64,000 bases of DNA from Monosiga brevicollis MX1 (taxonomy: Eukaryota), in the NCBI RefSeq assembly GCF_000002865.3, contig NW_001865079.1:143858-207857 (forward strand), written 5' to 3'. A model generated the notes under the pieces. That model did no database searches. It saw nothing but the letters and a program-made list of their open reading frames with translations, and was not told the origin of the DNA. Below, in pieces: positions 61,935 to 64,000 of this stretch. How positions within the stretch are numbered: the stretch's first letter is position 1; each line of letters starts with the position of its first letter. The translations under genes were made by a program, and so were the position numbers.

Positions 61935-64000
61935 ATGAGGGTTCGACACGCAAGGTGCGTGCAGGTTCTGGTCCTGGTGTACCTGGCCTACTGCCCTCTT
62001 GCCCATGGCCTACCAAGCATAGCTTGGCAATCAGCACCGACACAAGGCACGGAGACGTTTGTGATTGCTGGAGACGATCTCCAGCTAGTTCAGGTCCAAG
62101 CATGCTGGAATGGTCACACTGACAATTGCACGGCCCTGCCAGCGGCGGGCTTTCACGTGGTGGAGCAATGGAACGCTTCCATCAAGATTGGCACAGCCAC
62201 GCCCTGGCAGGGCCCCGCCGCGTTTCGGCTGGTTCTAGCCTCTGACACCAGCCAAGTCGTTGCCGCTGCAGCTGTCAATGAGCCCGATCTTTGGTGGGGC
62301 ATGGCTTTACCCCCCGTGTCACGTAGCAGCCTCCCTTACAACCCCGCCCTGTCTTCCAACGTCACCGTGGTGGCGTATGAGGGCGGTTCGATTCTTCGTT
62401 TGATGGGCCGCGCACTCAGCATGGACGCCGCCTCTGGCACCTGTCGGCCTAGCACTGACCCCACGCCCGACCCAGACCTGACCCTACGACTTGACACCTC
62501 TCCCCTGGTGTCCGTTACCGCCCGCCAGGCGACCTGCTATGATGCCGAGTTTTTGTTGCCCGCCAACCTCACAGCCGGACGCTACACCCTGCAATTGGCC
62601 TCAAATTGGGGCGTTTCAAGGCAAACTGGCCTTTTGCACATTGTCTCGCGACCCAGCCCTCACACAGTGCAGATCGATGTGGATGCCGCCTTTCAAGGCA
62701 ACCTGAGTGCTGCCAACCAACATGCTGCCACCCTGACCGCTGATCCCAACGTACGTGCCCAACTTCTCCTAAGCGCGCGTACGTACAACCTCACTTCAAC
62801 ACTGCACGTTGCCAATCGCACTCGTTTGGTCGGTGCCGGCCGCGATGTCACCCTCCTGAGCCTGGCCCTGCCCGTGACAGACTCGGCGCAGGCTTTTCTG
62901 CTCGGGCAGGACGATTGGGGCTTGAGTAACCTCAGCATCGCAATCTTGTCCGCACCTGCCGAGTTTCGCGTGGTACAGCACCTAGCTGGAGGCCAGCACT
63001 TTAGCATGTTGGATGTCAGCGTGGCCATGTATCAGTACAACGTGAGCAACGCCTTGTGGATCGAGGGCGCCGCCGGTGAGGTGGCACGGTGTCGCTTTGA
63101 CCAAATCGGCGCCTGCCTTTACCCCAACTACGGCAAAGGCTCTGACAGCACCAACTTTATGGCCAGCAATGTGCTGCACATGCTCAATGCCACCGACATT
63201 TGGCTCCACGACAACGAGATCTTTTGGCGGTGCTCCCACTATGACTTTGATTGCAGCAGCCGTGTCATCTACGAGCACAACATGGCCTATGCCACAGAGA
63301 CCGGCACCGTGCCGCATGGCAACTCCATCAGCCTCTATCAGGCCCGCACGTACCCCACCAGCCAATATTGGCTTTTTGCCCGCAACAACATTTCTCGCCC
63401 AGCCTTCAATGATCCGTGGACTCATCACAACTGGTTTCAGCGCGAGACAGTCACATCAGACGGCCCCGGTGGCTGGGGTACAGCCTTCTTTGGTGGTTGG
63501 ATCGACGAAGATCAACAACGCCAGGTTCGCCTGAGCTGGACCACGCTGGCCGAGGCTCCTATTCCCGGAACCACCCTTCTAGTTTTGGCAGGCCCAGCCG
63601 TGGGTCAGACCCGCTTGGTGACGAGCTATGATGCCACAGCCAACGTAACTGTGCTCGACCGCCCGCTGCCCGGTCTGGCCAGCACCAGTCTGTTAGCGGT
63701 GGTGGCCAGCGCCAACTACAAGGCCGTCGTTGGCAATGCCTTTCACTGGACCGCCATGGCACAGTACTATGGCAATTCCTTTTTTAGCCTGATGGCCGAC
63801 AACAGCTTTGCCAATTGCAGCGTCAGTCCCCAGGGCGCCATTCAAGGCGTCGGCGAGTGCTACCACGGGATTGGGCAAAACTTCTTTATTGAATACTACA
63901 ACAATGAACTGTCTGATAGCGATGGCATCGTGCTGCAGGACCACAGTGGTCCCTCGGGCGAACCCGAGTGTGCGGCCTACGAGGGACCGTGGCAGCGCTG
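61935..64000 (+). CDS. Intronless secreted protein with probable pectin-lyase-like right-handed beta-helix (3' end outside window)
   Basis: My translation: ATG at 61935, signal peptide MRVRHARCVQVLVLVYLAYCPLAHG, then no stop through 64000 (about 688 codons), so the ORF track omits it. Contains TYNLTSTLHVANRTRLVGAGRDVTLL and repeated Asn-ending strands (WLHDNEI, VIYEHN, LFARNNI, VVGNAF, LMADNSF, EYYNNEL). Confidence 0.8.
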   Translation, partial: MRVRHARCVQVLVLVYLAYCPLAHGLPSIAWQSAPTQGTETFVIAGDDLQLVQVQACWNGHTDNCTALPAAGFHVVEQWNASIKIGTATPWQGPAAFRLVLASDTSQVVAAAAVNEPDLWWGMALPPVSRSSLPYNPALSSNVTVVAYEGGSILRLMGRALSMDAASGTCRPSTDPTPDPDLTLRLDTSPLVSVTARQATCYDAEFLLPANLTAGRYTLQLASNWGVSRQTGLLHIVSRPSPHTVQIDVDAAFQGNLSAANQHAATLTADPNVRAQLLLSARTYNLTSTLHVANRTRLVGAGRDVTLLSLALPVTDSAQAFLLGQDDWGLSNLSIAILSAPAEFRVVQHLAGGQHFSMLDVSVAMYQYNVSNALWIEGAAGEVARCRFDQIGACLYPNYGKGSDSTNFMASNVLHMLNATDIWLHDNEIFWRCSHYDFDCSSRVIYEHNMAYATETGTVPHGNSISLYQARTYPTSQYWLFARNNISRPAFNDPWTHHNWFQRETVTSDGPGGWGTAFFGGWIDEDQQRQVRLSWTTLAEAPIPGTTLLVLAGPAVGQTRLVTSYDATANVTVLDRPLPGLASTSLLAVVASANYKAVVGNAFHWTAMAQYYGNSFFSLMADNSFANCSVSPQGAIQGVGECYHGIGQNFFIEYYNNELSDSDGIVLQDHSGPSGEPECAAYEGPWQR

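Overview
Intron-rich, GC-moderate, microsatellite-rich eukaryotic DNA with four N-gaps. Short GT-AG introns and a mix of animal-like and fungal/plant-like genes suggest a unicellular holozoan, most likely a choanoflagellate such as Monosiga (inference only). By hand-splicing I support about 15 protein-coding genes. In order: the 3' part of a type I membrane protein with antistasin-like Cys modules, an NDT1-type mitochondrial carrier, tripeptidyl-peptidase II, a large secreted TSP1/coiled-coil/fibrinogen-like repeat protein, RPB8, an intronless orphan multi-pass membrane protein, a chorein-N BLTP3/UHRF1BP1-like protein, a thiamine triphosphatase (CYTH), an ORP5/8-like protein, a Wss1/WLM protease, a minimal PI3/4-kinase-like protein, a sugar phosphate cyclase, a C2H2 zinc-finger fragment, FZR1/Cdh1, and an intronless secreted beta-helix protein that runs off the window and is absent from the ORF track. 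The best candidate for something new is the sugar phosphate cyclase at 51829-53344. Its motifs fit bacterial 2-deoxy-scyllo-inosose synthase (BtrC-type) better than DHQS, EEVS or DDGS, but its active-site loop is altered. Other highlights are the ORP5/8 homologue lacking its PI4P-binding signature, the stripped-down PI kinase with an acidic insert, and a thrice-repeated extracellular module I cannot name. All homology calls come from motifs I recall; no searches were run.
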